The notes beneath the pieces were generated by a model, which saw only the letters and a program-made list of their open reading frames with translations, was not told the origin of the DNA and made no database searches. Positions 28,304-38,590 of a stretch of DNA of 62,525 nucleotides are shown here, one piece after another. The position numbers and the translations under genes were made by a program. Origin of the DNA: an uncultured Thiogranum sp. (GTDB taxonomy: Bacteria; Pseudomonadota; Gammaproteobacteria; DSM-19610). The stretch covers positions 1 to 62,525 of the forward strand of contig CBEUNK010000001.1 in assembly GCA_965544455.1 (NCBI GenBank), read 5' to 3'. Position 1 is the stretch's first letter; every line of letters begins with the position of its first letter.

Positions 28304-29323
28304 TCAGGCGTCGAGCAGGCTGTAACAGTCGGCGCAGCTGTCGGTCAGGCGTCCGCGCAGGCGGCAGGCCATGCGGTCCACTTTTCCGGTGAAACGTCCC
28401 TGGGCCGACAGGATGTGCAGCTTGGACAGCTTGTCACCCGTATAGAGCAGATCGCCCAGTCGCGACATGTCTTCCGGCCGGTCACCGGACTGGTCATCCA
28501 GGGCGTCCAGGACCGCCGGGGGAAAGTCCCATTCACGGGCAATGAGCAGGGACAGGCGCCTGGCGCGCCGCACGAGTGCGGACCGGAACCGGTGTGAGCG
28601 TGGGGCGTGGTTGCCGTCGAAGCTGCGGTCCAGCACCCGCAGCGCGACAATGAAGCCGACATTCTGCACGATGGCCGCAAGGTAGGCGTAAAACCGGTCG
28701 AGGTGCTCCTTTTTCGCCAGGCAGTCACAGACACGGGCGGTTTTTTCCGCCTGTTCCCACAGGGTGGCTCCCGACAGCCGGGTAAAATAGCCGGTGTCGA
28801 GGTTGATCAGCGGCTTGAACGCTGCGCGGGTGACCAGCTGGCGCAAGCCAACACGTCCGAGAATAAAAATCGCCTGTTCCAGGCTGTTGATGCGGTCACC
28901 GGTACTGTAGCAGGCACTGTTGGCCATCTGCAGGACGTCACTGACGAGCACGGCATCGCGGCCGATTTCCAGCGCCAGGTCTGCCGCCGAGCTGGTGTCG
29001 TCGCGCAGCGTGCCCATCACTCGGGGTATGATCGCCGGCAGCCGGGGGACGAGTTCGGCACGGGCGTTTTCCCTGGACACCAGCTGGTCAAGCGCCGACA
29101 GGACATCTTTCTCGAAGCGGTTGAGCGGCGTGTCCAGGGGGGACTGTACACCGAGGATGAAACTGTAGAAGGCCGTATCCAGGGCGGCCGGGCGGATGCC
29201 GTCCTGCCGGGTATGCACGGCAGGACGCCCGCCCGGCCGCCGCGGCAGCCGCTGTGCAGAGGGGCGCACAGGCTCAACTGCTTCCGGTTCGGGGAAGAAC
29301 AGGTTTTTAAGTATGTTCAGCAC
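28304..29323 (-). CDS. HDOD-domain protein
   Basis: VPRLP.II.RV, IGRDAVL...VLQMANSA.Y....I.SLEQAI..LG, EWDFP. GTG at 29323 with GGAG SD is chosen as start. Confidence 0.82.
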   Translation of the reverse strand: MLNILKNLFFPEPEAVEPVRPSAQRLPRRPGGRPAVHTRQDGIRPAALDTAFYSFILGVQSPLDTPLNRFEKDVLSALDQLVSRENARAELVPRLPAIIPRVMGTLRDDTSSAADLALEIGRDAVLVSDVLQMANSACYSTGDRINSLEQAIFILGRVGLRQLVTRAAFKPLINLDTGYFTRLSGATLWEQAEKTARVCDCLAKKEHLDRFYAYLAAIVQNVGFIVALRVLDRSFDGNHAPRSHRFRSALVRRARRLSLLIAREWDFPPAVLDALDDQSGDRPEDMSRLGDLLYTGDKLSKLHILSAQGRFTGKVDRMACRLRGRLTDSCADCYSLLDA

Positions 29324-29385
29324 GCCATGGGGCTCCGGTGCGATTCTCCGCCGGGAACATCTAGGGGACACTCCCGGTAACCTGC

Positions 29386-29412
29386 TTGGCGGCCGGGTAA
29401 AGTGTAACTTGA
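29386..29412 (-). promoter_or_regulatory. sigma28-like promoter for the HDOD gene
   Basis: Minus strand TCAAG-N14-GCCGCCAA (two mismatches in the -10 element). Confidence 0.45.
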
Positions 29413-29553
29413 CTGGACGGTTGTATTATTTTGACGCGCGCACCTTATCGGTGCGGCAAGCCCTGTCACAGAGCAGGGTAATTTTTATCGGAATGCTGGC
29501 GTTACCGGTGATTGATGGTGCCGCCCTGGCGACCACTGTTGCGGTGTGCTTTT

Positions 29554-30495
29554 CTAGGCAGGGTGGCTCTGCGCCCGCATACCCTGCAAAGCGCCGACCC
29601 GTTCGAGTGCGGATTCTGACAGCTGTTGCGCGGCCAGCATGACATCTTCGTTTTTGCTGTGCGTCACCACAGCGTCATAGAAGTAAAAGCAGCGATCGCT
29701 ATCCGAGTAAAGACGTTGTAACGAAGCGTTCGCGTCATCGTTTTTTGCGGCGGTCTTTCTTTCATACTCCCTGATCGAGTCCAGCACGGCAGCGATAGCG
29801 GCTCCCGCCTGCCCGGCGGTTTTCAGTCGCGCCTGTATATCGGCCAATTCGTTTTGTAACGCCGTCTTGACGGGCTGCAGCGCGGGATAAGCATCCAGCA
29901 GCGCATCCATGTTTTCGGCCAGGCAGTGCTCCATGCCTGCCGCCACGGTGAGCAGGTCTGCCAGAGTATGAATGGCCCCCGGATCGACATCCGGTTCCTC
30001 ACGGGCGGCTTCCTGTTCGGCGTGCCATGCCTGTCGGCGCATGGCGCGCAGCAGGGCGGCATGACCGAGTTCTTCCTGTGCCAGGGTTTCGGCATAGTCG
30101 CGCACGGCTTCATCGTCAGCATTGGCTGCGACATGAGCATAAAAGTGGAAGGCGCGTTCCTCGTTATGGACGGCGAATGCCAGCGCCCGGTAGGGTGTGC
30201 AGCGTGCCGGGTCGACCGCCTCGTTATCGTAAACTGTCGGGACCTGCGGGTCCTCCCAGCTTACCGGCCCGATGTCGGTTCGCAGTTCGATGCCTTCGAG
30301 TTGCGCCCATTCCTCGAGCAGGCGTTCGTGCTCCTGCTCTTCCCTGGCCATGCGTTCGAACAACGCGGCGGCCTCCCGGTTGCCATGGTGACGCATGGCA
30401 TCAACCAGTCGGAGATAACGCCGGACGGCTTCGCGTTCGGCCTTCAGGGCAATGGACATCAGGTCACTGGCAGTCTTTACATTTGTCGTCAGCAT
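29554..30495 (-). CDS. ferritin-like / rubrerythrin-family diiron protein with C-terminal helical extension
   Basis: Two E...EExxH ligand sets (ALKAEREA...EEQEHE; AVHNEERA...EELGHA); no rubredoxin CxxC. Confidence 0.8.
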   Translation of the reverse strand: MLTTNVKTASDLMSIALKAEREAVRRYLRLVDAMRHHGNREAAALFERMAREEQEHERLLEEWAQLEGIELRTDIGPVSWEDPQVPTVYDNEAVDPARCTPYRALAFAVHNEERAFHFYAHVAANADDEAVRDYAETLAQEELGHAALLRAMRRQAWHAEQEAAREEPDVDPGAIHTLADLLTVAAGMEHCLAENMDALLDAYPALQPVKTALQNELADIQARLKTAGQAGAAIAAVLDSIREYERKTAAKNDDANASLQRLYSDSDRCFYFYDAVVTHSKNEDVMLAAQQLSESALERVGALQGMRAQSHPA

Positions 30496-30548
30496 AGTAA
30501 GGGCTTCACATCTACCGTAATCCTGCGTTTGCCGGTTTTTTCGGGCTC

Positions 30549-30591
30549 TTGATGTGAATCAAGTCGAATTGCCCCGGCGTTTGACTATACT
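30549..30591 (+). promoter_or_regulatory. perfect FNR/DNR box and class II promoter for nosR
   Basis: TTGAT-GTGA-ATCAA (30549-30562) and -10 TATACT (30586-30591). Lies between the divergent ferritin-like gene and nosR. Confidence 0.85.
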
Positions 30592-30629
30592 CACCTTCCA
30601 CTCACGGATAATACGCTTGACATATTTAG

Positions 30630-32918
30630 GTGAATAGGTCGAAACACGGCGGTGGCAGGAGGCTGTACCGTACCTGTCCTGTGTCAGGTGCGCGGCGGGG
30701 TGTTTCTGGGGCCGTGTTTCTGGTGTGTTTAGCCCTGCTGGTTCCGCTGTTCGCCATAGGAAAATTTGCAGAAGCTGCTGATTTGACGCAATTTCTGCAA
30801 GATATCGAGCCGTCGGTGATATTTCCCGAGGCAGACCGGATGGGCACGCCGGAAGGTGAGCCGCAGGTAGCGCCGGCTTTCAGCGGAGACCAGCAGGTCG
30901 GCTTCGTTTTCCTGACCAGCGACTACGTCAATACCACCGGCTATTCCGGGAAACCCATCCACCAGCTGGTCGCCATCGATTTCAAGGGGGTTATCCGCAA
31001 GGTGCTGCTGGTCGAGCACCATGAACCGATCGTTCTGATCGGTATTCCGGAAAAACGCATTGTTGCCGTGCTCGACAACTATATTGGCCTGGATGTCGGT
31101 GCGCTGGTACGTGGCGAACTGGGTGAGCACAAGGTTGATGTAGTCACCGGTGCAACAGTGACGGTGATGGTGATGGATGACACCATTCTGCGCAGTGCCA
31201 TCAAGGTGGCACGTGCCCATCGTCTCGGGGGGTTGACACCCGAACGCCAGGCAACCGGTCCGCGGGCCGTGATCAACGCCGCTGCCGGTGAGGTTGAGAA
31301 CTGGCAGGCCCTGCTGGCGGATGGCTCGGTGCAGCAACTGGCGCTGACGCTCGAACAGGTCAATGCGGCTTTTGAAGCCTCGGGCGATCCACTGGCTATC
31401 AAGCGACCCGAAGAGGGTGCCCCGGATGAATCGTTTATTCAATTGTATGCCGCTGTTGTATCCATCCCCGCGATTGGCCGAAGCCTGCTGGGAGAGGCGG
31501 AGTACAACAACCTGACGCAACGGCTGGAGCCCGGCCAACAGGCCATCCTGCTGGCGGGCGACGGCCGCTACTCGTTCAAGGGGTCGGGTTACGTGCGCGG
31601 CGGTATTTTCGACCGTTTCCAGGTCATCCAGGGTGATGCATCGATACGTTTCCACGATTTCCAGCACAAACGGCTGGGACGGATTGCGGCTGACGGCGCG
31701 CCGGATATCAAGGATGTAGACCTGTTTCTGTTGCCGCCCGACCAGGGATTTGATGCGGCGGTACCCTGGAAACTGGAGTTGCTGGTGGGGCGGGCCATCG
31801 GGCCGAGAAAAAAGGCGTTTCAGACATTTGATCTGACTTACCGCCCGCCGGATAAATACCTGTCGTTTATCGAGCCGGAGAAAACCGGTGCCGCAGACTG
31901 GACAGCCTGGTTTGATGCCGATGCACCGGACGCGCCCCTGTGGAGAAAGATGTGGGTGACCAAGCTGCCCGAGATCGGGGTTCTTTTGCTGGCACTGGGC
32001 GTGCTGACGCTGATCTTTTTTTTCCAGGGCTGGCTGGTACAACGTCCGCGGCTGACTGATCGGGTGCGGCTCGCTTTCCTGGTATTCACCCTGTTCGGTA
32101 TCGGCTGGTATGCCAATGCCCAGTTATCGGTGGTGAATATTCTCGCTGTGTTCAATGCCCTGATCAGTGGCTTTGACTGGGGTTACTTCCTCATGGAACC
32201 GCTGATATTCATTCTGTGGGGCTCCGTTGCCGTGGCACTGCTGTTTTGGGGAAGAGGGGCGTATTGCGGCTGGCTTTGCCCTTTTGGTGCCCTGCAGGAA
32301 CTGCTGAACCGCGTTGCGAAACGATTCAGGGTCCCTCAGCTGGAACTGCCCTGGGGGCTGCACGAGCGCCTGTGGCCCCTTAAATACCTTATTTTTCTGG
32401 TGCTGTTCGGTTTTTCACTGCATTCCCTGGGATGGGCCGAGCGCCTTGCCGAGGTCGAGCCGTTCAAAACCGCGATTATCCTGAAATTCGTGCGTGACTG
32501 GCCGTTCGTGCTGTTTGCCGTCGCAATGCTGGTACCCGGTCTGTTTATCGAGCGGTTTTATTGCCGTTACCTGTGCCCGCTGGGGGCGGCCCTGGCGATT
32601 CCCGGACGGCTGCGCATGTTTGAATGGCTCAAGCGCTACAATGAATGTGGTGCGCCCTGCCAGCGTTGCGGCAATGAATGCATGGTTCAGTCCATTCACC
32701 CGGAAGGCAATATCAATGTCAATGAGTGTCTGTACTGCCTGCATTGCCAGGTGGTGTATTCAGATGAGCATGCCTGCCCGGTCCTGATTCAGAAACGATT
32801 GAAGCGGGAACGGCAGGCAAATTTGTCGAAGGGCGATAAATCGGGAATCGCCCTGAAAGTAGAGACAATCAGGAAAAAAAAGAAGGAACACCCGGAGGTC
32901 GTGACGGCCTCAGATTAG
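30630..32918 (+). CDS. nosR: NosR membrane Fe-S flavoprotein
   Basis: GYSGKPI, FMN-binding DVVTGATVT, FKGSGYVRGGIFDR, CGWLCPFG, CRYLCPLG, C-terminal ferredoxin Cys clusters. Confidence 0.96.
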   Translation: MNRSKHGGGRRLYRTCPVSGARRGVSGAVFLVCLALLVPLFAIGKFAEAADLTQFLQDIEPSVIFPEADRMGTPEGEPQVAPAFSGDQQVGFVFLTSDYVNTTGYSGKPIHQLVAIDFKGVIRKVLLVEHHEPIVLIGIPEKRIVAVLDNYIGLDVGALVRGELGEHKVDVVTGATVTVMVMDDTILRSAIKVARAHRLGGLTPERQATGPRAVINAAAGEVENWQALLADGSVQQLALTLEQVNAAFEASGDPLAIKRPEEGAPDESFIQLYAAVVSIPAIGRSLLGEAEYNNLTQRLEPGQQAILLAGDGRYSFKGSGYVRGGIFDRFQVIQGDASIRFHDFQHKRLGRIAADGAPDIKDVDLFLLPPDQGFDAAVPWKLELLVGRAIGPRKKAFQTFDLTYRPPDKYLSFIEPEKTGAADWTAWFDADAPDAPLWRKMWVTKLPEIGVLLLALGVLTLIFFFQGWLVQRPRLTDRVRLAFLVFTLFGIGWYANAQLSVVNILAVFNALISGFDWGYFLMEPLIFILWGSVAVALLFWGRGAYCGWLCPFGALQELLNRVAKRFRVPQLELPWGLHERLWPLKYLIFLVLFGFSLHSLGWAERLAEVEPFKTAIILKFVRDWPFVLFAVAMLVPGLFIERFYCRYLCPLGAALAIPGRLRMFEWLKRYNECGAPCQRCGNECMVQSIHPEGNINVNECLYCLHCQVVYSDEHACPVLIQKRLKRERQANLSKGDKSGIALKVETIRKKKKEHPEVVTASD

Positions 32919-32936
32919 GGTTCGCGAAGCCTCGGT

Positions 32937-32952
32937 TGGCGTGGCTTGTGCT
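32937..32952 (+). promoter_or_regulatory. possible sigma54 (-24/-12) element upstream of nosZ
   Basis: TGGCGTG-GCTT-GTGCT has correct GG-N10-GC spacing but is an imperfect match to TGGCACG-N4-TTGCW. Confidence 0.3.
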
Positions 32953-32996
32953 GATGAGCGTTAAACAATAGCAGCAATATCAAGAGGAGAGATGTG

Positions 32997-34907
32997 ATGT
33001 CAAAAGATGACGACAAAAAGGCGGGTATTACCCGCAGGGAGCTCCTGGGCGGTTCCGCCAAACTGGCGGCGCTGGCCGGGGCCAGTGGTATGGCCGGCCT
33101 CGCCGGTGGTGCCATGCTGTATTCTGAATCTGCGCAGGCGGCCGGCGGCAAGGCCGATGTGGCACCGGGCGATCTGGACGACTACTACGGCTTCTGGAGC
33201 AGCGGCCAGACAGGTGAACTGCGTATCATGGGTGTTCCCTCCATGCGCGAACTGATGCGCGTGCCGGTATTCAACCGCTGCAGTGCGACCGGCTGGGGGC
33301 TGACCAACGAGAGCCGCAAGATCCTCACCGAGGGATTGACACCGGATACACGCAAATTCCTGGAAAGCCGGGGCGGTATCTGGCTGAACGGTGACCTGCA
33401 TCATCCGCACATGTCGTTTACCGACGGCACCTATGATGGCCGCTATCTGTTCATGAACGACAAGGCCAACACGCGGGTTGCGCGGGTGCGCTGCGACGTT
33501 ATGAAGTGTGACAAGATCACGGAGATCCCCAACGCGTCAGACATTCACGGACTGCGACCGCAGAAGTATCCCCGTACCGGCTACGTCTTCGCCAATGGTG
33601 AACACCGGGTGCCGCTGCCGAACGACGGCCGGGATCTCGACGACCCGAAGAAATACCACGCAATCTTCACGGCCGTCGATGGCGACACCATGAAGGTGGC
33701 CTGGCAGGTGATGGTCAATGGTAACCTGGACAACTGCGACGCCGACTACCAGGGCCTGTATGCCTTTTCGACCTGCTACAACGGCGAAGAGGGTGTGAAC
33801 CTCGCCGAAATGACCGCCAACGAGCAGGACTGGGTGGTGGTGTTCGATATCAAACGGATCGAGGCGGCGGTGAAAAGCGGCGACTACAAGGAGATGAACG
33901 GGGTGCCCGTGATCGACGGGCGCAAGGGCTCGAAATATACCCGCTACATTCCCGTATCCAACAGTCCGCATGGTTGTAATACCGCCCCTGACGGTCATCA
34001 TGTCGTCATCAACGGCAAACTGTCGCCCACCGTCAGTGTCCTCGATGTCCGGCGGTTGCCCGATCTGTTCAATGACAAGATCAAACCGCGTGATGCGGTG
34101 GTGGCCGAGCCGGAGCTGGGCCTGGGGCCCCTGCATACCGCGTTCGACGGCAAGGGCAATGCGTTCACAACCCTGTTCCTCGACAGCCAGGTGGCGAAGT
34201 GGAATATCCAGAAAGCGGTTGATGCCTACGCCGGCAAGGATGTTAACCCGGTCCTGGAAAAAATCGATGTGCACTATCAACCCGGTCACAATCACAGCTC
34301 CATGGGCGAAACCAAGGAAGCAGATGGCAAGTGGCTGGTGTCGCTCAACAAGTTCTCCAAGGACCGCTTTATCAATGTCGGTCCCCTGAAGCCGGAGAAT
34401 GACCAGCTGATCGATATAACCGGGAAGAAGATGGCGATTGTGCACGATGGGCCGACGTTTGCCGAGCCGCACGACTGCATCATTGTGCGTGCCGATGTGG
34501 TCAACCCGCATTCCCTGTGGACAAAAGATGATCCGATGTGGGCCGAGGCGACGGCCCAGGCCAAGAAGGACGGCGTAAACCTGTACACGGACTCCAAAGT
34601 CGTTCGGGATGGTAACAAGGTACGCGTTTATATCTGGTCGATCGCACCTAACTTCAGTATGGAGAAGTTTAGCGTCAAGCAGGGTGATGAGGTGACGGTC
34701 TACGTCAGCAACAACGACCAGATCGATGACCTGACACACGGCTTCACCCTGGCCAACTACGGTATTGCCATGGAAATCGGCCCGCAGGCGACGTCGTCGG
34801 TGACCTTCAAGGCGGATCGTCCGGGTGTCCACTGGTATTACTGCCAGTGGTTCTGTCATGCCCTGCACATGGAAATGCGTGGCCGGATGCTGGTGGAACC
34901 GGCATAG
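32997..34907 (+). CDS. nosZ: nitrous oxide reductase, clade I (Tat-exported)
   Basis: Twin-arginine TRRELL, CuZ ligands DLHHPH / HG / EPH, CuA motif [12 protein letters not shown]. Confidence 0.99.
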   Translation: MSKDDDKKAGITRRELLGGSAKLAALAGASGMAGLAGGAMLYSESAQAAGGKADVAPGDLDDYYGFWSSGQTGELRIMGVPSMRELMRVPVFNRCSATGWGLTNESRKILTEGLTPDTRKFLESRGGIWLNGDLHHPHMSFTDGTYDGRYLFMNDKANTRVARVRCDVMKCDKITEIPNASDIHGLRPQKYPRTGYVFANGEHRVPLPNDGRDLDDPKKYHAIFTAVDGDTMKVAWQVMVNGNLDNCDADYQGLYAFSTCYNGEEGVNLAEMTANEQDWVVVFDIKRIEAAVKSGDYKEMNGVPVIDGRKGSKYTRYIPVSNSPHGCNTAPDGHHVVINGKLSPTVSVLDVRRLPDLFNDKIKPRDAVVAEPELGLGPLHTAFDGKGNAFTTLFLDSQVAKWNIQKAVDAYAGKDVNPVLEKIDVHYQPGHNHSSMGETKEADGKWLVSLNKFSKDRFINVGPLKPENDQLIDITGKKMAIVHDGPTFAEPHDCIIVRADVVNPHSLWTKDDPMWAEATAQAKKDGVNLYTDSKVVRDGNKVRVYIWSIAPNFSMEKFSVKQGDEVTVYVSNNDQIDDLTHGFTLANYGIAMEIGPQATSSVTFKADRPGVHWYYCQWFCHALHMEMRGRMLVEPA

Positions 34908-34919
34908 GGTATTTGCGTT

Positions 34920-36215
34920 TTGCGGTATGCCAGGGAGCATCGGGGCCCGCCAGGCGGTTGTTGTCCGGTTGGCGGGCTCCTGTTGCTCGCGGCGCTCTGC
35001 CTGCCATTGCCGTTAATTGCGGCCGACCGGCCGGTCAGGCCGGGTACCGGTTCATTACAGCAGGCGGTCAACGAGGCCGGTGATGGCGACCGCCTGCTGC
35101 TGGAGGACGGTATATATACCGGTCCGGTCAACGTCAACCGGTCGGTGAAACTGCTCGGTTCGGCTGGCAGTATTATCGAGGGTCAGGGCGCCGGCAGCGT
35201 GCTGACGCTGGCGGCGGCGGATATCGTCGTAAGAAATGTTGTTGTGCGTGGTTCCGGCGGCAGCCTGGCCACCGAGGACAGCGGTATATTTGTCACCGCC
35301 GATGCGGACCGGGCCCTGATTGAAGACAATCGCCTGGAAGGTAATCTTATCGGCGTATACCTGAAAGGGCCCGACGACGCGGTCGTGCGGCACAATGTTA
35401 TCATCGGCAGTACCGATCCACACGTGAATGACCGTGGCAACGGTGTGCAACTCTGGAACACTCCCGGTTCGGTGGTCGAGGATAATGATATCCGCTTTGG
35501 CCGTGATGGCATATTTGTAACCACCAGCCGCAACAATATTTTCCGCGCCAACCGCCTGCATGATCTGCGTTTCGCCATACACTACATGTACACCAATGAC
35601 AGCGAGGTCAGTGCCAACCGGTCGGAAGGGAATCACGTAGGTTACGCGCTGATGTATTCCCAACGGCTTCGGATCAGGGACAATATCTCGGAAAGAGATC
35701 GCGACCGGGGCCTGTTTCTGAATTACGCCAATTATTCCGATATTGAAGGTAACCGGGTGAGCGGTGGCACGGAGAAGTGTGTGTTTATCTATAACGCCAA
35801 CGTCAACAACATCCATGACAATTATTTTTCCGACTGCGATATCGGTATCCACTTCACGGCTGGTTCCGAGCGCAACCGCTTCTATGGAAATGCTTTTCTG
35901 AACAATCGTACCCAGGTGAAATATGTCGGTACCCGTTATATCGAGTGGTCGGACCGCGGTCGGGGAAATTACTGGAGTGATAATGCGGCATTCGACCTTG
36001 ATGATGACGGCATCGCGGACCAGGCCTACCGGCCTAATGATCTCGTTGACCAGATCGTCTGGCGACATCCCCTGGCCAAACTGCTGCTGAACAGCCCGGC
36101 GGTGCAGGTTCTCAAGTGGGCGCAATCCGAGTTTCCAACCCTGTACCCCGGAGGGGTCAGTGACAGTGCACCGCTGATGGCTGTTCCCCGGCGGTGGCAT
36201 CGGGCCGATGGATAA
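34920..36215 (+). CDS. nosD: NosD periplasmic beta-helix maturation protein
   Basis: RGNGVQLWN, GRDGIF, LRFAIHYMY, GYALMYS, GNYWSD. Start codon is uncertain. Confidence 0.95.
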   Translation: MRYAREHRGPPGGCCPVGGLLLLAALCLPLPLIAADRPVRPGTGSLQQAVNEAGDGDRLLLEDGIYTGPVNVNRSVKLLGSAGSIIEGQGAGSVLTLAAADIVVRNVVVRGSGGSLATEDSGIFVTADADRALIEDNRLEGNLIGVYLKGPDDAVVRHNVIIGSTDPHVNDRGNGVQLWNTPGSVVEDNDIRFGRDGIFVTTSRNNIFRANRLHDLRFAIHYMYTNDSEVSANRSEGNHVGYALMYSQRLRIRDNISERDRDRGLFLNYANYSDIEGNRVSGGTEKCVFIYNANVNNIHDNYFSDCDIGIHFTAGSERNRFYGNAFLNNRTQVKYVGTRYIEWSDRGRGNYWSDNAAFDLDDDGIADQAYRPNDLVDQIVWRHPLAKLLLNSPAVQVLKWAQSEFPTLYPGGVSDSAPLMAVPRRWHRADG

Positions 36216-37143
36216 ACAGGTGGCAACAGACCCTGCTGTAGACGTGTCGGCGCTTGTAAAGTGCTATGGTGACAAGTCTGTGGTTCGCGATGTCGATCTT
36301 GACGTCCGTCGTGGTGAACGCATGGTGCTGATCGGGCACAACGGGGCCGGTAAAACGACCCTGTTGAAGCTGATGCTCGGCCTGACCCATCCCACTGCCG
36401 GCACCGTGCGTGTACTCGGCGAAGACCCTGCAAGGGCGGATGCGGCACACCGCCGTCGGATCGGTTATCTGCCGGAAAGCGTGGCATTCCACAGCGCCAT
36501 GAAAGGGCGGGAAGTGCTCACCTTTTACGCCAGGCTAAAGGGCGTCGCACCATCGGACTGTGCCGATATCCTGGAACGGGTCGGGCTGGCACGGGCCGCG
36601 GACCGGCGGGTGAGTACTTACTCCAAGGGAATGCGCCAGCGGCTGGGGCTGGCGCAGGCGATGCTGGGGAAACCGGACCTGTTGTTCCTGGATGAACCGA
36701 CCAGCGGACTGGACCCTTCGCTCCGCCGGAAATTCTATGACCTGATCGACACCTTCAGTCTCTCGGGTACCACCTCACTGACGTCATCTCATTCTCTCAA
36801 CGAGGTCGAGGCGCGCGCGGACCGTATCGCCATCATGAAATCGGGCGCCATCGTGGCCTGTGGAACGCTGGCCGAGCTGTCGCGGCAGGCCGGCCTGCCG
36901 ATCGTCGTGCGGCTCAGGGTCATGGCGGGAAATGCCGCCAGCGTGGCCGAACGGCTTGCGCCCCTCGGCGATATTCGCCGGGTCAATGACCATGGCATCG
37001 ACCTGTCCTGCCTCGGCGCCTCGAAGATGGTGCTGTTCCGCCACATCGCCGGTCTGGGCGAGGTGATCGAGGACGTGGACGTGATTCCACCGCGGCTGGA
37101 TGAAATCTACAACCACTACATGGAGAACGTGCAGCTGCAATGA
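36208..37143 (+). CDS. nosF: NosF ABC ATPase
   Basis: GHNGAGKTT, YSKGMRQRLG, LDEPTSGLDP. Confidence 0.95.
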   Translation: MDKQVATDPAVDVSALVKCYGDKSVVRDVDLDVRRGERMVLIGHNGAGKTTLLKLMLGLTHPTAGTVRVLGEDPARADAAHRRRIGYLPESVAFHSAMKGREVLTFYARLKGVAPSDCADILERVGLARAADRRVSTYSKGMRQRLGLAQAMLGKPDLLFLDEPTSGLDPSLRRKFYDLIDTFSLSGTTSLTSSHSLNEVEARADRIAIMKSGAIVACGTLAELSRQAGLPIVVRLRVMAGNAASVAERLAPLGDIRRVNDHGIDLSCLGASKMVLFRHIAGLGEVIEDVDVIPPRLDEIYNHYMENVQLQ

Positions 37144-37967
37144 GAGCGATAGCGATACTGGCAGTAAACGAGTTCATGGATGGCCTGCGTAACCGCTGGG
37201 TGGCTGCAGCGATCATTCTGCTGGGGGCCACGGCACTGGCACTGTTGCTGGTAGGGTCCGCGCCTGCGGGTACCGTCCGTGCCGGTGCCCTGGATATCAG
37301 TGTTGTCAGTCTTACCAGTCTGAGTGTCTACCTGTTACCGCTTATCGCCTTGTTGCTCTCCTTTGATGCACTGGTCGGCGAGTTCGAACAAGGCACCATG
37401 TTATTGTTGCTGACCTATCCCGTGGCACGTTGGCAAGTGGTGATGGGTAAATTTACCGGCCACCTGATGATCCTGCTGGTGGCGCTATTCGTCGGTTATG
37501 GCGGTGCCGCCCTGGTCACCATCCTGTTTACGGAAAGTGGTAACACCGGTTGGCAGGCTTACGTCACCATGATGGCCAGTTCACTGATGCTCGGCGCCGT
37601 GTTTATTGCGCTTGGCTATGTGGTCAGTGCAGTGGTACGCGAGCGAAGCACCGCCGCCGGGGCCGCGATCGTCCTGTGGCTGATTTTTGTGGTGTTGTAC
37701 GACCTGGCACTGTTCGGCCTGTTGCTTGCGGATCACGAGCAGAAGATCGGGCAGACACTGTTTTCCACCCTAATGCTGGCGAGCCCGGCCGATACCTACC
37801 GGATTCTGAACCTCACGGCTTTCGACACAGTGGGGCAGGCGGCCGGTATTGCCGGCGTGGCCGCGCGTTCGGGGTTCGGCCTAACCCTGCTGCTGGGCCT
37901 GTTGTGCCTGTGGATCGTGCTACCTCTCGCGGCGACCATGGCGGTGTTTCACCGGCGGGAACTGTAG
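37140..37967 (+). CDS. nosY: NosY ABC permease
   Basis: LRNRWV, SL.SL.VYLLPLIAL, GE.EQGT..LLLTYPV, SP.D.YR..NL. Confidence 0.95.
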   Translation: MRAIAILAVNEFMDGLRNRWVAAAIILLGATALALLLVGSAPAGTVRAGALDISVVSLTSLSVYLLPLIALLLSFDALVGEFEQGTMLLLLTYPVARWQVVMGKFTGHLMILLVALFVGYGGAALVTILFTESGNTGWQAYVTMMASSLMLGAVFIALGYVVSAVVRERSTAAGAAIVLWLIFVVLYDLALFGLLLADHEQKIGQTLFSTLMLASPADTYRILNLTAFDTVGQAAGIAGVAARSGFGLTLLLGLLCLWIVLPLAATMAVFHRREL

Positions 37968-38470
37968 TGAAACGGATCCACAGAACGGCCTGTGGCCTGT
38001 TGTGCGCGCTGCTGCTGTCGGCCTGTACCGAGCCGGATACGGTGACGGTGCCCGCGCCACAGGAGTTGACACGGGATGCCGTGGGTTATTTTTGTGGCAT
38101 GACGGTCCTGGACCATCACGGACCGAAGGGACAGATATTCCTGGCAGACCGGCAACAGCCGCTGTGGTTTACCTCTGTACGCGATACGGTCGCTTTCACG
38201 CGCCTGCCAGGTGAGCCGAAAAACATCACGGCGATTTACGTGACAGACGTGGGGCGAGCTGACTGGGACCAGCCGGAGCCCGGAACATGGATCAATGCGT
38301 ACCGGGCGTTTTACGTCATCGGCAGCGACCGTGTTGGCGGTATGCAGGCGCCGGAACTCGTGCCCTTTGGCGCCAGAAAGGATGCAGAGCAGTTTCAACG
38401 TCAACACGGCGGGCAAATTTACCCTTTCGATGCCATCCCCGCCGAAAGCGTTATCGACACGACGCAGTAG
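37967..38470 (+). CDS. nosL: NosL copper-chaperone lipoprotein
   Basis: GTG start overlaps the nosY stop; lipobox LSAC; CGM...H.GPKGQ; WFTSVRD; GGM.APE.VPF. Confidence 0.93.
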   Translation: MKRIHRTACGLLCALLLSACTEPDTVTVPAPQELTRDAVGYFCGMTVLDHHGPKGQIFLADRQQPLWFTSVRDTVAFTRLPGEPKNITAIYVTDVGRADWDQPEPGTWINAYRAFYVIGSDRVGGMQAPELVPFGARKDAEQFQRQHGGQIYPFDAIPAESVIDTTQ

Positions 38471-38590
38471 GCATTCCTCCCGGGTTACAACAGGCGCCGG
38501 CCGCCAGCGGCGGCAGAGTTTCACTACGACTTTGATTATTGGTTACAAGCTGTAGAATGCGCTGCTGAACGGGCGAGCGGAGATCTGCAG

